Counted from the stretch's first letter, positions 26,132 to 36,170 are shown. The stretch is 64,000 bases of DNA from Candidatus Lloydbacteria bacterium (GCA_016214545.1 JACROH010000001.1:116239-180238); one strand, 5' to 3'. A program made the numbers and translations. Notes: a model not told the origin generated them from the sequence alone.

Positions 26132-26344
26132 TTGAGTATACAAAAAAACAACGAAGAAAGAGGGACGGTCATTGAGGCGTTGCCGGACACCTTATTTAAA
26201 GTGGCGCTTTCGAACAAGCAAGAAGTTCTTGCGTATTTATCCGGTAAAATGCGCATGAATCGGATCAAAGTAATGGTTGGTGATACGGTAACGGTTCTGC
26301 TTGACCCATACGGCGGAAAAGGCAGGATTACCAGACGAGAATAA
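26132..26344 (+). CDS. infA: Translation initiation factor IF-1
   Basis: GTVIEALPDTLFKVALSNKQEVLAYLSGKMRMNRIKVMVGDTVTVLLDPYGGKGRI matches the IF-1 S1-like fold. Probable TTG start at 26132 within ORF 26027. Confidence 0.75.
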   Translation: MSIQKNNEERGTVIEALPDTLFKVALSNKQEVLAYLSGKMRMNRIKVMVGDTVTVLLDPYGGKGRITRRE

Positions 26345-26401
26345 TCAATGGCGAACATATTGCTCCGGCACGGGGCTTGCCAAACAAAACATTTACATAC
26401 T

Positions 26402-26515
26402 ATGAAAGTAAGAACATCGGTAAAAAAAATATGTGCGCAATGCAAAATTATACGGCGCCGAGGAAGCGTGCGGGTTATTTGCATGAATCCGAAGCATAAG
26501 CAAAAACAAGGATAA
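26402..26515 (+). CDS. rpmJ: 50S ribosomal protein L36
   Basis: [37 protein letters not shown] read directly from the sequence (37 aa, below the ORF-track cutoff). Confidence 0.85.
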   Translation: MKVRTSVKKICAQCKIIRRRGSVRVICMNPKHKQKQG

Positions 26516-26521
26516 AAACAT

Positions 26522-26902
26522 ATGAGAATTTTAGGTATCACTATTCCTGAAAATAAGAGGTTGGAAATAGGGCTGACTGCTTTGTACGGCATAGGCCGTT
26601 CTCGCGCGCAGAAAATTTTGGATTCCGTTCATGTTGACTATGGAACCAGGCCGAAAGATATTTCCACTGATATTGAAAATCAAATCCGGAAAGAAATAGA
26701 ATCGCTCAAACTCGAAGGAGACCTTAAACGCGAAGTGGCGGGGAATATTAAACGCTTGAAAGATATTAAAAGCTATCGCGGCACACGGCACGCAAAACGG
26801 CTCCCGTCTCGCGGGCAGCGAACGAAGACAAATTCGCGCACGGTGCGGGGGAATGTTAGAAAAACCATGGGGTCAGGACGCAAAAAGGCTGAAAAGACAT
26901 AA
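26522..26902 (+). CDS. rpsM: 30S ribosomal protein S13
   Basis: MRILGITIPENKRLEIGLTALYGIGRSRAQKIL. Confidence 0.95.
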   Translation: MRILGITIPENKRLEIGLTALYGIGRSRAQKILDSVHVDYGTRPKDISTDIENQIRKEIESLKLEGDLKREVAGNIKRLKDIKSYRGTRHAKRLPSRGQRTKTNSRTVRGNVRKTMGSGRKKAEKT

Positions 26903-26914
26903 TTTATAATACAT

Positions 26915-27349
26915 ATGGGAAAAAAACGTATTGTTAAAAAAGCAGGCGAAGGACTAAACAGCGAACTTAAAAATCGCGCGCTTTCGCGTGCGTCGAAAAG
27001 GAAAGTTGTTAATGGTGTTTTGCACGTACAGGCAACTTATAACAATACGAAATTACTGCTTGCCGATGAAAAAGGGAATACGCTCGCGTGGTCTACCAGC
27101 GGCGCTTTGGGGTTTAAAGGGGCAAAAAAGGGGACACCCTTTGCTGCGGCAAAAATCGGGGAACTGATCGGCGAAAAGGCGGCTTTGATGGGGATGAAAG
27201 AGGTGCAGGTTGTTATCAAGGGAGTCGGCTCGGGGAGAGAGTCGGCGGTGCGGGCATTCGCAACAAAAGGTATTGGAATTGCCTCATTAAAAGACACTAC
27301 GCCGGTTCCCTTCAACGGTCCGAAACCGCGTAAGCCGCGTCGCGTATAA
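26915..27349 (+). CDS. rpsK: 30S ribosomal protein S11
   Basis: GVLHVQATYNNTKLLLADEKGNTLAWSTSGALGFKGAKKGTPFAA. Confidence 0.95.
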   Translation: MGKKRIVKKAGEGLNSELKNRALSRASKRKVVNGVLHVQATYNNTKLLLADEKGNTLAWSTSGALGFKGAKKGTPFAAAKIGELIGEKAALMGMKEVQVVIKGVGSGRESAVRAFATKGIGIASLKDTTPVPFNGPKPRKPRRV

Positions 27350-27377
27350 CGTGTATAAGATTGTCTAAATATTATTT

Positions 27378-28025
27378 ATGGCACAAGAAACATCACAAGC
27401 AGTATGCAGAAAATGCCGGCGAGCCGGAGAAAAACTTTTCCTAAAAGGAGAGAAGTGTTTTACGCATAAGTGTATTTTTGAGCGGCGGCCTCATTCGCCG
27501 GGGATGTTAGACTCACAGCGCAAGCATCGTTCTACGGTGTCGGAATACGGCTCGCAATTGCGTGAAAAACAGAAAATCAAAAATGCATACGGATTGCGGG
27601 AACAACAGTTTGTGAATTATGTACGAAGCGCGTCCGGCAAGCGGGGAGGCGATCCGACAAAAGAACTGTTTTCTTCCCTTGAGTCGCGTTTAGACCGCGT
27701 GGTGTATCGGCTTGGACTTGCGTCGTCGCAAGCGATGGCGCGTCAGATGGTCGGGCATGGGCACGTGCTGGTAAACGGAAAGCGGACAACCGTGCCGTCT
27801 TATCGCTTGCGAAGCGGCGACACTGTAAGCGTTCGGCAGGGGAGCAAAGATTCGCCGCTCTTTGTCGGTGATGCGGTAAAAAATCGCGTTGAAAAGCAGC
27901 TGTTGCCGCCGTGGCTTTCCTTTGATGCGAAAAAATTTGAAGGGTCGGTGCGCGCGCATCCGTCGCTTGATGCGACTGTGATGCCGTACGATTTGAAAGC
28001 GGTTATTGAATTTTACAGCCGATAA
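27378..28025 (+). CDS. rpsD: 30S ribosomal protein S4
   Basis: CRKCRRAGEKLFLKGEKCFTHKC zinc-finger N-terminus; S4 domain SRLDRVVYRLGLASSQAMARQMVGHGHVLVNG. Confidence 0.95.
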   Translation: MAQETSQAVCRKCRRAGEKLFLKGEKCFTHKCIFERRPHSPGMLDSQRKHRSTVSEYGSQLREKQKIKNAYGLREQQFVNYVRSASGKRGGDPTKELFSSLESRLDRVVYRLGLASSQAMARQMVGHGHVLVNGKRTTVPSYRLRSGDTVSVRQGSKDSPLFVGDAVKNRVEKQLLPPWLSFDAKKFEGSVRAHPSLDATVMPYDLKAVIEFYSR

Positions 28026-28090
28026 AAAACCCTAAAGAATTTAAAAAACCACTCTATTATAAATTATACGATTATTTCAATACAATTATT

Positions 28091-29092
28091 ATGTCAGAGC
28101 ACAACATCATCTTACCCTCAAAGCCGAAGATTGTTTCCGAAGAAGGTTTCGCGGGAGTCTATGAAATAGACGGCTTGTATCCGGGATATGGACACACGCT
28201 GGGGAATTCATTGCGAAGAATCATTCTTTCTTCGTTGCCCGGAGCTGCGATTACTTCGGTAAAAATCGATGGCGTAAGTCATGAATTTTCCACATTGGAA
28301 GGCATGAAAGAAGACGTTATTGTGCTCCTGCTCCATTTAAAGAAGGTGCGTTTCAAGATGGTCTCAAATGAGCCTCAAACGGCGACCATTTCGGTAAAGG
28401 GCGCAAAAAACATAACTGCCGGAGACATAAAAACTCCGGGGCAGCTTGAAGTGTTGAATCCGGATCTCCCTGTCGCGACGCTGACCGATAAAAAATCGGA
28501 ATTGCATGTTGAGCTCCGCGTTGAAAAAGGGCTTGGGTATATACCCAAAGAAGTGTTGCAGGAAGGAAAAGTCGATGTTGGGGTGATTGCCGTTGATGCG
28601 TCTTTCACTCCCATTCGTCGGGTAAGCTACGAAGTTGAAAATATGCGCGTTGGCGACAGGACCGACTATAATCGTCTGCGAATCTCTATTGAAACGGATG
28701 GCACCATCACTCCACATGAAGCTTTGGAAAAATCAATCATTATCATGATTGAGCAGTTGAAAGCCATTGTTGGATTTCAGGAAGAAGCTCCGTTTGTCGC
28801 CGCTTCGTCGGGAGAATCAATTACTGATTCCGAGCAAAAAAACGAGTTGTCGGCGTCGAGTGAAACAAAAAAGTCGACAAAAGCGCCGGATACTGAATTT
28901 TTAAAGACCCGTATCGAAAAATTGCCGTTCTCGACACGTACCATGAATGCTCTTGATACGGCAAATATCAGAACGGTTGGCGGATTGGTCAGAAAAAAGG
29001 AAGAAGATTTGAAAGTTATTAGCGGACTCGGCACCAAAGGTATCGAAGAAATAAAAGAAGTGCTTGGAACGTACGGGATAACGTTGAAATAG
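28091..29092 (+). CDS. rpoA: DNA-directed RNA polymerase subunit alpha
   Basis: N-terminal GYGHTLGNSLRRIILSSLPGAAITSVKIDGV and C-terminal domain LPFSTRTMNALDTANIRTVGGL. Confidence 0.95.
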   Translation: MSEHNIILPSKPKIVSEEGFAGVYEIDGLYPGYGHTLGNSLRRIILSSLPGAAITSVKIDGVSHEFSTLEGMKEDVIVLLLHLKKVRFKMVSNEPQTATISVKGAKNITAGDIKTPGQLEVLNPDLPVATLTDKKSELHVELRVEKGLGYIPKEVLQEGKVDVGVIAVDASFTPIRRVSYEVENMRVGDRTDYNRLRISIETDGTITPHEALEKSIIIMIEQLKAIVGFQEEAPFVAASSGESITDSEQKNELSASSETKKSTKAPDTEFLKTRIEKLPFSTRTMNALDTANIRTVGGLVRKKEEDLKVISGLGTKGIEEIKEVLGTYGITLK

Positions 29093-29121
29093 CCAAGAAA
29101 GAAGAAAAATAGAAACAGCAT

Positions 29122-29481
29122 ATGAGGCACCATAATACCATACGAAAATTTGGACGAGTAAAGAATCAGCGTGAGGCGCTGCTTCGTTCCCTTGCCCGCG
29201 CACTTATTATCGAAGGGAAGATAGTAACCACTGAGGCAAAGGCAAAAGAATTGCGTCCGTTTATAGAAAAGCTGGTCACCAAGGCGAAACAAGCGACCCT
29301 TGTTTCGCGACGGTTGATTATTGCGCGGCTTGGCGGCGGAGGGAAAAAGAAGCCTGCAAAAATGCTTATTGATGACATTGCGCCAAAGTATAAAAATCGA
29401 CCGGGCGGTTATACGCGCATTATTAAAATGATGCCGCGCAAAAGTGACGCGAGCAAAATGGCTGTTATTGAATTTGTATAA
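29122..29481 (+). CDS. rplQ: 50S ribosomal protein L17
   Basis: MRHHNTIRKFGRVKNQREALLRSLARALIIEGKIVTTEAKAKELRPFIEKL. Confidence 0.95.
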   Translation: MRHHNTIRKFGRVKNQREALLRSLARALIIEGKIVTTEAKAKELRPFIEKLVTKAKQATLVSRRLIIARLGGGGKKKPAKMLIDDIAPKYKNRPGGYTRIIKMMPRKSDASKMAVIEFV

Positions 29482-29490
29482 TTTTTATAT

Positions 29491-29844
29491 ATGGAAACAC
29501 CCCTTCACACATTAGATGCCACGGAAAAATCAATCGGACGCGTAGCCAGTGCCGCCGCGACCATTTTAATGGGGAAGCATACGCCGGCGTTTAAAAAGAA
29601 CGTAGTTTCAAAAGAACGAGTGCATATTATCAATGCCTCCAAGGCGCGATTCTCACAGAAGAAATTAAAAGGAAAAGTGTACGTGCACTATACTGGAAGC
29701 CCGGGCGGTTTAAAAATGCGCCATGCTGAAAAAGTTATCGAACAAAAAGGGTATTCTGAATTATTCAAAAAGGCGGTCTATGGGATGCTCCCTTCGAATA
29801 AATTGCGCACCGAGCGCATGAAGCTTTTGCGTGTGACCGAATAA
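29491..29844 (+). CDS. rplM: 50S ribosomal protein L13 (short form)
   Basis: GRVASAAATILMGKHTPAFKKNVVSKERVHIINASKARFSQKKLKGKVYVHYTGSPGG. Confidence 0.9.
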   Translation: METPLHTLDATEKSIGRVASAAATILMGKHTPAFKKNVVSKERVHIINASKARFSQKKLKGKVYVHYTGSPGGLKMRHAEKVIEQKGYSELFKKAVYGMLPSNKLRTERMKLLRVTE

Positions 29845-29855
29845 TACTGATATTT

Positions 29856-30266
29856 ATGGCAACAAAATTAAAAAAAGAAACAGAAAAATACATTGAGACG
29901 GTCGGCAGGCGCAAAACGGCAACGGCGCGCGTGCGTATTACCCCTGCGGTCAAACAATCGGTTGTTGTGAACGGCAAACCGCTTGCGGAATACTTTAAGA
30001 CCAAGGAATTGCAAGAGTCGGTGCTTGATGCGCTCGGCAAAGCGAAGGAGATTTTTTCCGTTGTGGCACAGGTGAATGGCGGCGGTATTACCGGGCAGGC
30101 AGAGGCGGTGCGTCATGGAATCGCGCGTGCGTTGGTTGCCCATAATGAAGAATTGCGCAAAAAATTGAAGCGTGCCGGGTATTTGAAGCGTGACCCGCGA
30201 ATGAAAGAGCGAAGAAAATTCGGACTCAAGAAGGCCCGCAAGAGCCCTCAGTGGAGCAAGCGTTAA
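29856..30266 (+). CDS. rpsI: 30S ribosomal protein S9
   Basis: GRRKTATARVRITP...GGGITGQAEAVRHGIARAL...KRDPRMKERRKFGLKKARKSPQWSKR. Confidence 0.95.
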   Translation: MATKLKKETEKYIETVGRRKTATARVRITPAVKQSVVVNGKPLAEYFKTKELQESVLDALGKAKEIFSVVAQVNGGGITGQAEAVRHGIARALVAHNEELRKKLKRAGYLKRDPRMKERRKFGLKKARKSPQWSKR

Positions 30267-30350
30267 TATAGCGGTTCAAGAGAATTGCAAAAAAGCGGAA
30301 CGAGAAATCGTTTCGTTTTTTTAATGCGTAGGTTTTTTCTGCAAGGAAAT

Positions 30351-30390
30351 AAAAAACCCGTAAGCGCAAGCGCTTACGGGGGAGCGGGGT
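30351..30390 (+). terminator. Bidirectional rho-independent terminator
   Basis: aaaaaacccgtaagcgcaagcgcttacggggg, A-run upstream and T-rich downstream; serves rpsI (+) and the minus-strand zinc-ribbon gene. Confidence 0.75.
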
Positions 30391-30399
30391 TATTGTGAC

Positions 30400-30681
30400 T
30401 TAAACGGGATTGGTCGACACGTGCTCTCTCTTTCTACAGAGAGTTCCGCCGTGTATCTTGGGCTTTCCTCGACGCTGCTCTTTTTCTTGTATTCTTGCTA
30501 TTGAGTCGGCCAGATTGCGGCATTTTTCACATGCATTGAGGATTGTTGTCTGCAATCCCAGCATGCGCGGCGTGTTGCCGCATTTCGCGCACTTTTTGTT
30601 CAGCACACTGGCGCTTTCTTCTTTTACCGTCGTCTCATTAGCTGCGATTTCTGGATCAGCAAACCTTCTTTTCATGCTCAT
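30400..30681 (-). CDS. Small zinc-ribbon protein (CxxC...CxxC), hypothetical
   Basis: 93 aa with KKCAKCGNTPRMLGLQTTILNACEKCRNL; RBS aaggaaagg about 10 nt upstream of the minus-strand ATG. Preferred over the overlapping plus-strand ORF 30410-30742. Confidence 0.5.
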   Translation of the reverse strand: MSMKRRFADPEIAANETTVKEESASVLNKKCAKCGNTPRMLGLQTTILNACEKCRNLADSIARIQEKEQRRGKPKIHGGTLCRKREHVSTNPV

Positions 30682-30808
30682 GTCAGAGTCCTTTCCTTTG
30701 GGTTGGTTTTATTTTATACAGGTACAAACAAAGTGCCTCTGACACCATAACATGCATATAAAAAAATGCAAGTACCCGTCCTTTTTTTAGACTATCCCCA
30801 AAAGGTTG

Positions 30809-31357
30809 TTACAAATATGCTTGCGCGGAAGTTTCTTCTTGCCGGTGGAAAATCTCAAAAAATTTTGCCAGTTCAGGAAGGAAATCTTTCTCCCATGGCA
30901 TAAGATTTTCTCCGTAGGCGAGGCGTTTTTCGGGCGGAATATGCTCAAGCAAGGCATGCGCTTTTGAGCACCATACCACGATCTCTCGCGCGGAAGCGGT
31001 CTGGCCGTTCGAGGCTTCTCTTAAGAGGCCAATCCTCGGGTTGACACGACCGATTATTTTTCCGAATCGTATGGCTGATTCCAATACGCCAACGCTTGGC
31101 GGTGGTATTTTTGTTCGAAATTCCGGATGGGCAATTCTTTCAAAATGCATAATAATCGGCGGAAAAAATTTCAAGAGGTCTCGGTAGAGACCCCGAGGAA
31201 TTTCTCCGAACGCGGGTTTTTCCCCCGACTTTGATACCGCACATATTTTTTCAGTCTCAAGCATGTGCTGTATCGCGTCTCTTATGCATACGGCTCCGTA
31301 TGCTCCGATGATGGGGGGCCAGCAGAAATCTTTATTCAATGACAATATCATCTCCAT
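30809..31357 (-). CDS. Hypothetical protein
   Basis: 182-aa ORF divergent from the glycosylase gene; no recognisable motif. Confidence 0.6.
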   Translation of the reverse strand: MEMILSLNKDFCWPPIIGAYGAVCIRDAIQHMLETEKICAVSKSGEKPAFGEIPRGLYRDLLKFFPPIIMHFERIAHPEFRTKIPPPSVGVLESAIRFGKIIGRVNPRIGLLREASNGQTASAREIVVWCSKAHALLEHIPPEKRLAYGENLMPWEKDFLPELAKFFEIFHRQEETSAQAYL

Positions 31358-31434
31358 GCGCGTGGTATCCTTTCAAGAAGTGGTGTGATGACAATGAAAT
31401 GAACCCCTGTATCTCTTTAGGAGCATACGATATT

Positions 31435-31974
31435 ATGACCAATATGCAACTGCGCCATATTCTTAGCGATTCTTTTTTTTGCCGCGATACGCGTATTGTC
31501 GCGCGGGAGCTTTTGGGGAAATTTTTAGTGCGCCGTATAGGAAAAGAAGAAATAGCGCTCATGATTACCGAAACGGAAGCGTATGACGGTCCGCATGACA
31601 AAGCGTCGCATGCGCATCGCGGAGAAACGCCCCGCAACGAGGTGATGTTTCGGGAAGCCGGATTTTGGTATGTGTATTTGGTGTACGGGGTGTACCACAT
31701 GCTGAATATTGTGACGGGGGAAAGGGGGTATCCCGCGGCAGTACTTATTCGCGGAGCGGGGGAGTACGATGGTCCCGGGAAATTGACGAAAGCGCTCCGT
31801 ATCAACCGACAACAAAACGGCAAAAAAGCGAGGCGGTCAAGCGGACTTTGGATTGAAGACCGAGGGGTTGTCATCCCAAAGCTGGGAATACAAAAAGCAC
31901 CTCGCATCGGGGTTGCATACGCGGAGGAATGGGCAAAAAAACCGTATCGGTTTCTTTTGAGGGCCGGAGAATAA
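31435..31974 (+). CDS. DNA-3-methyladenine glycosylase (Mpg/AAG family)
   Basis: [21 protein letters not shown]...[66 protein letters not shown]. Start at ATG 31435 avoids overlap with the divergent gene. Confidence 0.8.
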   Translation: MTNMQLRHILSDSFFCRDTRIVARELLGKFLVRRIGKEEIALMITETEAYDGPHDKASHAHRGETPRNEVMFREAGFWYVYLVYGVYHMLNIVTGERGYPAAVLIRGAGEYDGPGKLTKALRINRQQNGKKARRSSGLWIEDRGVVIPKLGIQKAPRIGVAYAEEWAKKPYRFLLRAGE

Positions 31975-31976
31975 AA

Positions 31977-32014
31977 AAGAGTCTGCCAATGGTATTGGCA
32001 GACTCTGAACACTT
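31977..32014 (+). terminator. Bidirectional terminator
   Basis: aaaaagagtctgccaatggtattggcagactct hairpin between convergent genes. Confidence 0.75.
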
Positions 32015-32018
32015 TCTT

Positions 32019-32330
32019 TTACGGATCGGGGAGCAAATTGTCGTTTCGTTCTCGGGCCATATTCTGGGCCTCTTTTTTTTGTTGGTCGGTCCTGTGTTGA
32101 GACCGGCGAATAACATTTGCGATTTTCACTCCTCTTTTTACGGCTGCTCCGCGCCTTCCTAGCTCACTGCAGATGGCATGGTAATGGGCAGTATTATCGC
32201 TCATTTTTTCTTGAGCGAGTACTTGCTTTACCGCTGCTGTTATTTCCAAACCATCTGATTTTCTCAATGCCGCCGCTTTGTCGGCGAGTCTTTTTACAAC
32301 ATTGCTGTCAATTCTGAGTCTCTTCACCAC
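32019..32330 (-). CDS. Small hypothetical protein, possibly DNA-binding; GTG start
   Basis: 103-aa ORF beginning VVKRLRIDSNVVKRLADKAAALRK with aaaggagg 5 nt upstream of GTG 32330; sits in a gap between terminators. Confidence 0.5.
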   Translation of the reverse strand: MVKRLRIDSNVVKRLADKAAALRKSDGLEITAAVKQVLAQEKMSDNTAHYHAICSELGRRGAAVKRGVKIANVIRRSQHRTDQQKKEAQNMARERNDNLLPDP

Positions 32331-32517
32331 TGGCTCCTCCTTTGTTTTGTGATTGATGTGAAATACAATGGGTATTCTTTATATATAGTAACCTAATCTA
32401 TATATTTTGTCAAATATTTTACAGCTCACTAAGCAGTCTTTTCCGTTATCTGCAATAGTTGAGACCGTAAAAAGGTTGCCGTTTTTTATGTTTTTATGCG
32501 CCGTCGGGAGAGTTTAA

Positions 32518-32967
32518 TTAAAAAAGAGAATCAACGACCTCTTTAACGTCGGCCCCGTCGGCTTTTCCGGCAGTCTCTTTCATGATGGCGCCCATGAGGA
32601 TTCCTTTTTTTGAAGCATCAGTAATTCCGAGTGCTGTCTTTTTTGCTTCGGCGATTTTTCGGATTTCATCTTTTCCCATCATGGTGGGGAGATAGACTTC
32701 AATAATACGTAATTCCGCTTCCTCGGCTTTTACCAGGTCTCCGCGGCCGCCTTGTCTAAATTGCTCAATGGAGTCTTTTCGTTGTTTGACTTGGCGTTTA
32801 ATGACGGCGAGGGCATCGATGTCGGAAATGGCCTCTTGAGGCGGTTTGCCTTTTGCAACAAGCTCGTTGGTAAACGCAGCGAGCAACCCCCGGAGCGCGT
32901 CTCGTTTCAAGGTGTCTTTTGAAAGCATTGCTTGTTTCATTTCTTCTTTAATTTGTATCTGAAGCAT
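32518..32967 (-). CDS. GatB/YqeY domain protein
   Basis: MLQIQIKEEMKQAMLSKDTLKRDALRGLLAAFTNELVAKGK...IIEVYLP typical of the YqeY family. Confidence 0.9.
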   Translation of the reverse strand: MLQIQIKEEMKQAMLSKDTLKRDALRGLLAAFTNELVAKGKPPQEAISDIDALAVIKRQVKQRKDSIEQFRQGGRGDLVKAEEAELRIIEVYLPTMMGKDEIRKIAEAKKTALGITDASKKGILMGAIMKETAGKADGADVKEVVDSLF

Positions 32968-33053
32968 ATAAATTCAGTATAGCATACCGTGTTTGAAATG
33001 GATTCGTGCCAATGACAGTTGCCTTTTTTGTTTTTCATAGTATAATTATTTTT

Positions 33054-33493
33054 GGCTTTGTGTCGGGTAGTTGCCCCGCTCCGCGAAAAGCGGGACGGGG
33101 AGGAAAGTCCGAACACGGGCGCGTTGAAAGACGCGCGAGCAGGGTAGCGGGTAACGCCCGTCGTCCGCAAGGATAGAGGTGCGAGCAGAGACGCTTTGAT
33201 TCGAAAGGATCAAAGCTCCGACGGCAACGTCGGAGAGTCCCGATGGCAACATCGGGGGTGAAACGGCAAAATCCTTACCTCCGTGCAAGGCCGTGCCCCG
33301 CTTTTATGGCGGGGAGTGCCGCTTGAGGCGTTTGGCAACAAACGTCCCAGATAAATAACTATCGCCGAGCACCACTTTTGACGAAAGGTTTAGGTGTTAA
33401 AAAGTGATTCTGTGAGAATCACTTTTAATAACAGCTTTATTTTGTTTCAAAAGTGGTGCTCGGTACAGAATTCGGCTTATAGACACAAAGCCT
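33054..33493 (+). ncRNA. rnpB: RNase P RNA (bacterial type A) with an AT-rich insertion helix
   Basis: -10 tataat at 33041-46. P1 gctttgtgtc (5') pairs gacacaaagc (3'). Conserved GGGAGGAAAGTCCGAACAC, GCAGGGTAGCGGGTAACGCCCGT, GGTGAAACGGCAAAATCC and 3' ACAGAATTCGGCTTAT blocks. 14-bp stem 33366-33379/33451-33464 encloses ~70 nt of AT-rich sequence. Strong terminator follows. Confidence 0.85.
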
Positions 33494-33504
33494 TGAAGAT
33501 TCAT

Positions 33505-33545
33505 GAAAACCCGCGGCGCGTTAGCGCGCCGCGGGTTTTCGCGAG
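33505..33545 (+). terminator. Rho-independent terminator of rnpB
   Basis: gaaaacccgcggcgcgttagcgcgccgcgggttttc. Confidence 0.85.
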
Positions 33546-33737
33546 AGGAAAATTCTTTTCGGGGAAGATTTTAATCAGCTATTCTGTTTGTCCACATAAG
33601 AGTCTATTTAAAATCTAAGACTGGGCATTGTGTAAAATACATAATTTCTTTATACTATTGGTATCCTTGCTTTGCGCGATTGGGGGCATCTCCCGCTTGC
33701 GTTTATTATTACTATATTATTTTTTATCGTCACTTTT

Positions 33738-36170
33738 ATGGATATTAAATTTCCTGTTCAAAAGCCTGAAATGTATCGCCCTGCCGATGCGTTGCCGCCA
33801 AACGAGGCGTCTGTCTCGCCGATTGGCGGCGAGCAGAAAGAAGACATGCTTGATACGATTTCTTTTTGGATAGTGCTCGGTCTCGCCTTTTTACTGCCGA
33901 TATTTTTTCTTCCGATCGGACACCTATCGATTTTGTTCAGCAAGAATATTCTTCTTAGTATGGCGATGTTCATTACGTCGACCCTGTGGTTTTTTGCCCG
34001 TCTCAAAAAAGGGGAATTTGTTATACCAAAGACTTTTCTTTTTGCCGCCGGCGCGATTATTCTTCTTGTCTTTTTAATATCGAGTTTTCTTTCGTCGGTG
34101 CCGCAGGTTTCTTTTTTGGGGGTTGGGTCTGAAATAGGCACCTTTTTCTCGCTTGCCATTCTGTTCTCGCTTTTCTTTTTCGCATCATTGTTTTTCCAAT
34201 CGAAAAAACGCATTCTCTTGCTTTATACGGCTCTTGCCGCGGCCTTTTTTGTGGTTGCCTTATTTCAAATCGTGCGTTTGTTTGGAGGGGTAACGGCAAT
34301 ACCGCTTGATTTCTTTGCCAATGCAACATCAAATCTTCTCGGCGGATGGAATGAGCTCGGTGTTTTTTTTGGAATGGCGGCCATATGGGCGCTCTTGTCT
34401 CTTGGAATGTTTTCATCGCACGGACGTTTCCGATGGTTTTTGTATTTTTTGCTTGCCGCCTCGCTCTTTCTCGTGGGAGTTGTTAATTTTACGCTTGTGT
34501 GGGAAGTGTTGGGCTTCTTTGCCTTGGTAATATTCGTATACACGTTTTCATTTAAAAAAGATTTTGGGCGAATCGGCGGCAGCACAGAGAAATTGCGCGG
34601 GGTTCCGATTGCGCCGCTGGTTCTTTTGGGGCTTTCGGTTCTTGCTATTTTAGGGTCTTCGTTTGTTGGAAATTTTGTTTCATCAAAATTCCACATTGAG
34701 TATGTCGAAGCGCGCCCGACGTTAGGGACAACGGTTATGCTCTTTAAAGAGACCATTGCCGAGCATCCGATCTTTGGTATTGGTCCAAACCGCTTTATCA
34801 ATCAATGGCTCTTGTCAAAGCCCGATGGTGTGAACGCGTCTCCTTTCTGGGATGTTAATTTTTCTTTTGGCATAAGCACCATTGCTACCTTTGCGATAAC
34901 CACGGGGATTGCCGGTTTATTGGCGTGGATTGTTTTCTTGGGCGGCATTATTCTTGTCGGGTTTCGTACCCTTTTCGCCTTTTCTGCCGACCGACTTTCT
35001 CATTACCTTGTCGTCTCTTCTTTCTTCCTCTCACTCTACCTGTGGATATTTATGTTCTTGTACGTGCCAAGCAATGCGATGGTTGCTCTTACTTTTCTTG
35101 TAACCGGAGCATGGATAGGGCTCCTTACCTCGCTTGGGATCTACAAGCAGTTTCGTTTTTCATTTGCAAAAAATCCGCAGCGGAGTTTTGTTTCCGTGCT
35201 GACACTCCTCGTTTTGATTATTGGTTCAATTACCGGCGGCTACATGATGTGGCAAAAATTTAATGCGGCCGTTTTGTTTGAGAAAAGCGCCGTCTCATTT
35301 GCTTCCGGTGATATAGCCGATGCGTCGGCGTCAATGAATCGCGCCGCTAAGCTCGGAAATCATGCGGTTTATTATCGTTCGCTTGCCGACCTCAATATTG
35401 CCGAACTTGGCGTTATTATTAATGAAAAAAATCTCTCGGTAGACGAAGCGCGCTCTCGGTTTCAAACGACTCTCGGTTTAGCTATCGATAATGCTCGGCA
35501 GGCAATCATGTACGACCCGACTGATTATCTCAACCTTATTTCGCTTGCGCGCGTGTATGAATCGGTCGTTCCGCTTGGTATCGCAGGGGCTTATGATAAT
35601 GCGAAACGGGCGTATGAAGAGGCGCTGAAATATAATCCAAAAAGCCCTGTGATGGAGCTTAATCTCGCGCGGCTCGCGTTATCGCAGGGAACCAAGGGGC
35701 ACGACGAAGCGCGGGCGCATATCGCACAAGCGCTGGCGCTTAAAAATAATTATACGGATGCAATATTTCTTTTGTCGCGGATTGAGGCGGATGAAGGAAA
35801 AATTGCCGATGCTATTTCCTCTGCTGAGATTGCTTCGCTTATCTCGCCCAACGATACCGGCCTCTTTTTGCACCTCGGATTGCTTCGATATACAAATAAA
35901 GATTACGAAGGCGCCATCTCAGCTCTTGAGCGGGCGGTTCAATTACAGCCAAATTATGCCAACGCAAAATATTTTCTCGGCTTAAGTTATGCGCAGGTCG
36001 GCAAAACCTTCAATGCCATCATTCAATTTGAAGATATTGCCAAATCAAATCCTGAGAACTCCGATGTGAAAAAAATTATTGCGAATTTAAGAGCCGGAAA
36101 GGCGGCTTTTGCCGCCGGAGAAGCGCCGACTCCGGATAAAAGAAAAACGCCCCCCATTCAAGAGCAATAA
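33738..36170 (+). CDS. O-antigen ligase (Wzy_C)-like polytopic membrane protein fused to C-terminal TPR repeats
   Basis: ~11 TM helices in the first ~500 aa; C-terminal YNPKSPVMELNLARLALSQG..., ALKNNYTDAIFLLSRIEADEG, LQPNYANAKYFLGLSYAQVG TPR-like repeats. Start at ATG 33738 within ORF 33672. Confidence 0.8.
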   Translation: MDIKFPVQKPEMYRPADALPPNEASVSPIGGEQKEDMLDTISFWIVLGLAFLLPIFFLPIGHLSILFSKNILLSMAMFITSTLWFFARLKKGEFVIPKTFLFAAGAIILLVFLISSFLSSVPQVSFLGVGSEIGTFFSLAILFSLFFFASLFFQSKKRILLLYTALAAAFFVVALFQIVRLFGGVTAIPLDFFANATSNLLGGWNELGVFFGMAAIWALLSLGMFSSHGRFRWFLYFLLAASLFLVGVVNFTLVWEVLGFFALVIFVYTFSFKKDFGRIGGSTEKLRGVPIAPLVLLGLSVLAILGSSFVGNFVSSKFHIEYVEARPTLGTTVMLFKETIAEHPIFGIGPNRFINQWLLSKPDGVNASPFWDVNFSFGISTIATFAITTGIAGLLAWIVFLGGIILVGFRTLFAFSADRLSHYLVVSSFFLSLYLWIFMFLYVPSNAMVALTFLVTGAWIGLLTSLGIYKQFRFSFAKNPQRSFVSVLTLLVLIIGSITGGYMMWQKFNAAVLFEKSAVSFASGDIADASASMNRAAKLGNHAVYYRSLADLNIAELGVIINEKNLSVDEARSRFQTTLGLAIDNARQAIMYDPTDYLNLISLARVYESVVPLGIAGAYDNAKRAYEEALKYNPKSPVMELNLARLALSQGTKGHDEARAHIAQALALKNNYTDAIFLLSRIEADEGKIADAISSAEIASLISPNDTGLFLHLGLLRYTNKDYEGAISALERAVQLQPNYANAKYFLGLSYAQVGKTFNAIIQFEDIAKSNPENSDVKKIIANLRAGKAAFAAGEAPTPDKRKTPPIQEQ

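Noticed and set aside
25777-26592. 271-aa minus-strand ORF
   Set aside because: Overlaps infA, rpmJ and the start of rpsM on the opposite strand; those ribosomal genes are clearly real.
30410-30742. 110-aa plus-strand ORF
   Set aside because: The overlapping minus-strand ORF (30400-30681) has an RBS, a CxxC...CxxC zinc-ribbon and a downstream terminator; the plus-strand translation is low-complexity.
31332-32012. 226-aa minus-strand ORF
   Set aside because: Antisense to the 3-methyladenine glycosylase gene, which has a clear family signature.
32937-33618. Several short ORFs (32937-33170, 33046-33288, 33394-33618)
   Set aside because: They lie within the RNase P RNA gene and its promoter and terminator; the conserved rnpB blocks explain this region.
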